DNA of 64,000 bases from Tubulanus polymorphus. Taxonomy: Eukaryota; Animalia; Nemertea. Positions within the stretch are counted from its first letter, which is position 1; every line of letters begins with the position of its first letter. Location: the NCBI RefSeq assembly GCF_964204645.1, contig NC_134028.1, forward strand, positions 19,537,653 through 19,601,652. The letters are read 5' to 3'. The notes beneath the pieces are model-generated. The model was not told the origin of the DNA. It made no database searches and saw only the letters and a program-made list of their open reading frames with translations. The position numbers and the translations under genes are program-made. Shown here piece by piece: positions 63,931 through 64,000 of this stretch.

Positions 63931-64000
63931 ATAGGCTTGATATTCGAAAATGTTATGACACCAGTAGAAATTAATGTCATAACCGATCCTAATTGAAATG

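Larger units (their letters stand above)
59472..64000 (+). mobile_element. Polinton/Maverick-like element, copy 2 (partial, decayed)
   Basis: Collinear paralogs of 8750-5969, followed by a different gene and a convergent ATPase C-terminus. Confidence 0.9.

Overview
AT-rich animal (invertebrate-like) genomic window dominated by nested mobile DNA around one host gene. 1-~4735: DIRS-type tyrosine-recombinase retrotransposon (gag, RT/RNaseH/MTase, YR, ICR, right terminal repeat). It is inserted into the Walker A motif of a Polinton/Maverick packaging ATPase. ~4735-23600: decayed Polinton-like endogenous virus (rve integrase, major and probable minor capsid, membrane proteins, Zn fingers, protein-primed PolB). 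Its PolB carries a full-length LAGLIDADG intein in catalytic motif C (YFD|TD) and is further split by two younger insertions. Almost every viral ORF starts in a poxvirus-like T-tract...TAAATG context. 30003-42778 (-): multi-exon TRPA1-like ankyrin ion channel with a tandemly duplicated pore/S6 exon and a duplicated two-exon ankyrin module. 42900-64000: a second PolB relic, a Helentron-like macrosatellite with 30-bp and hairpin satellites, a near-intact Penelope element with a hammerhead ribozyme, and a second, rearranged Polinton copy. All family calls come from motif recognition by eye; no database search was run.
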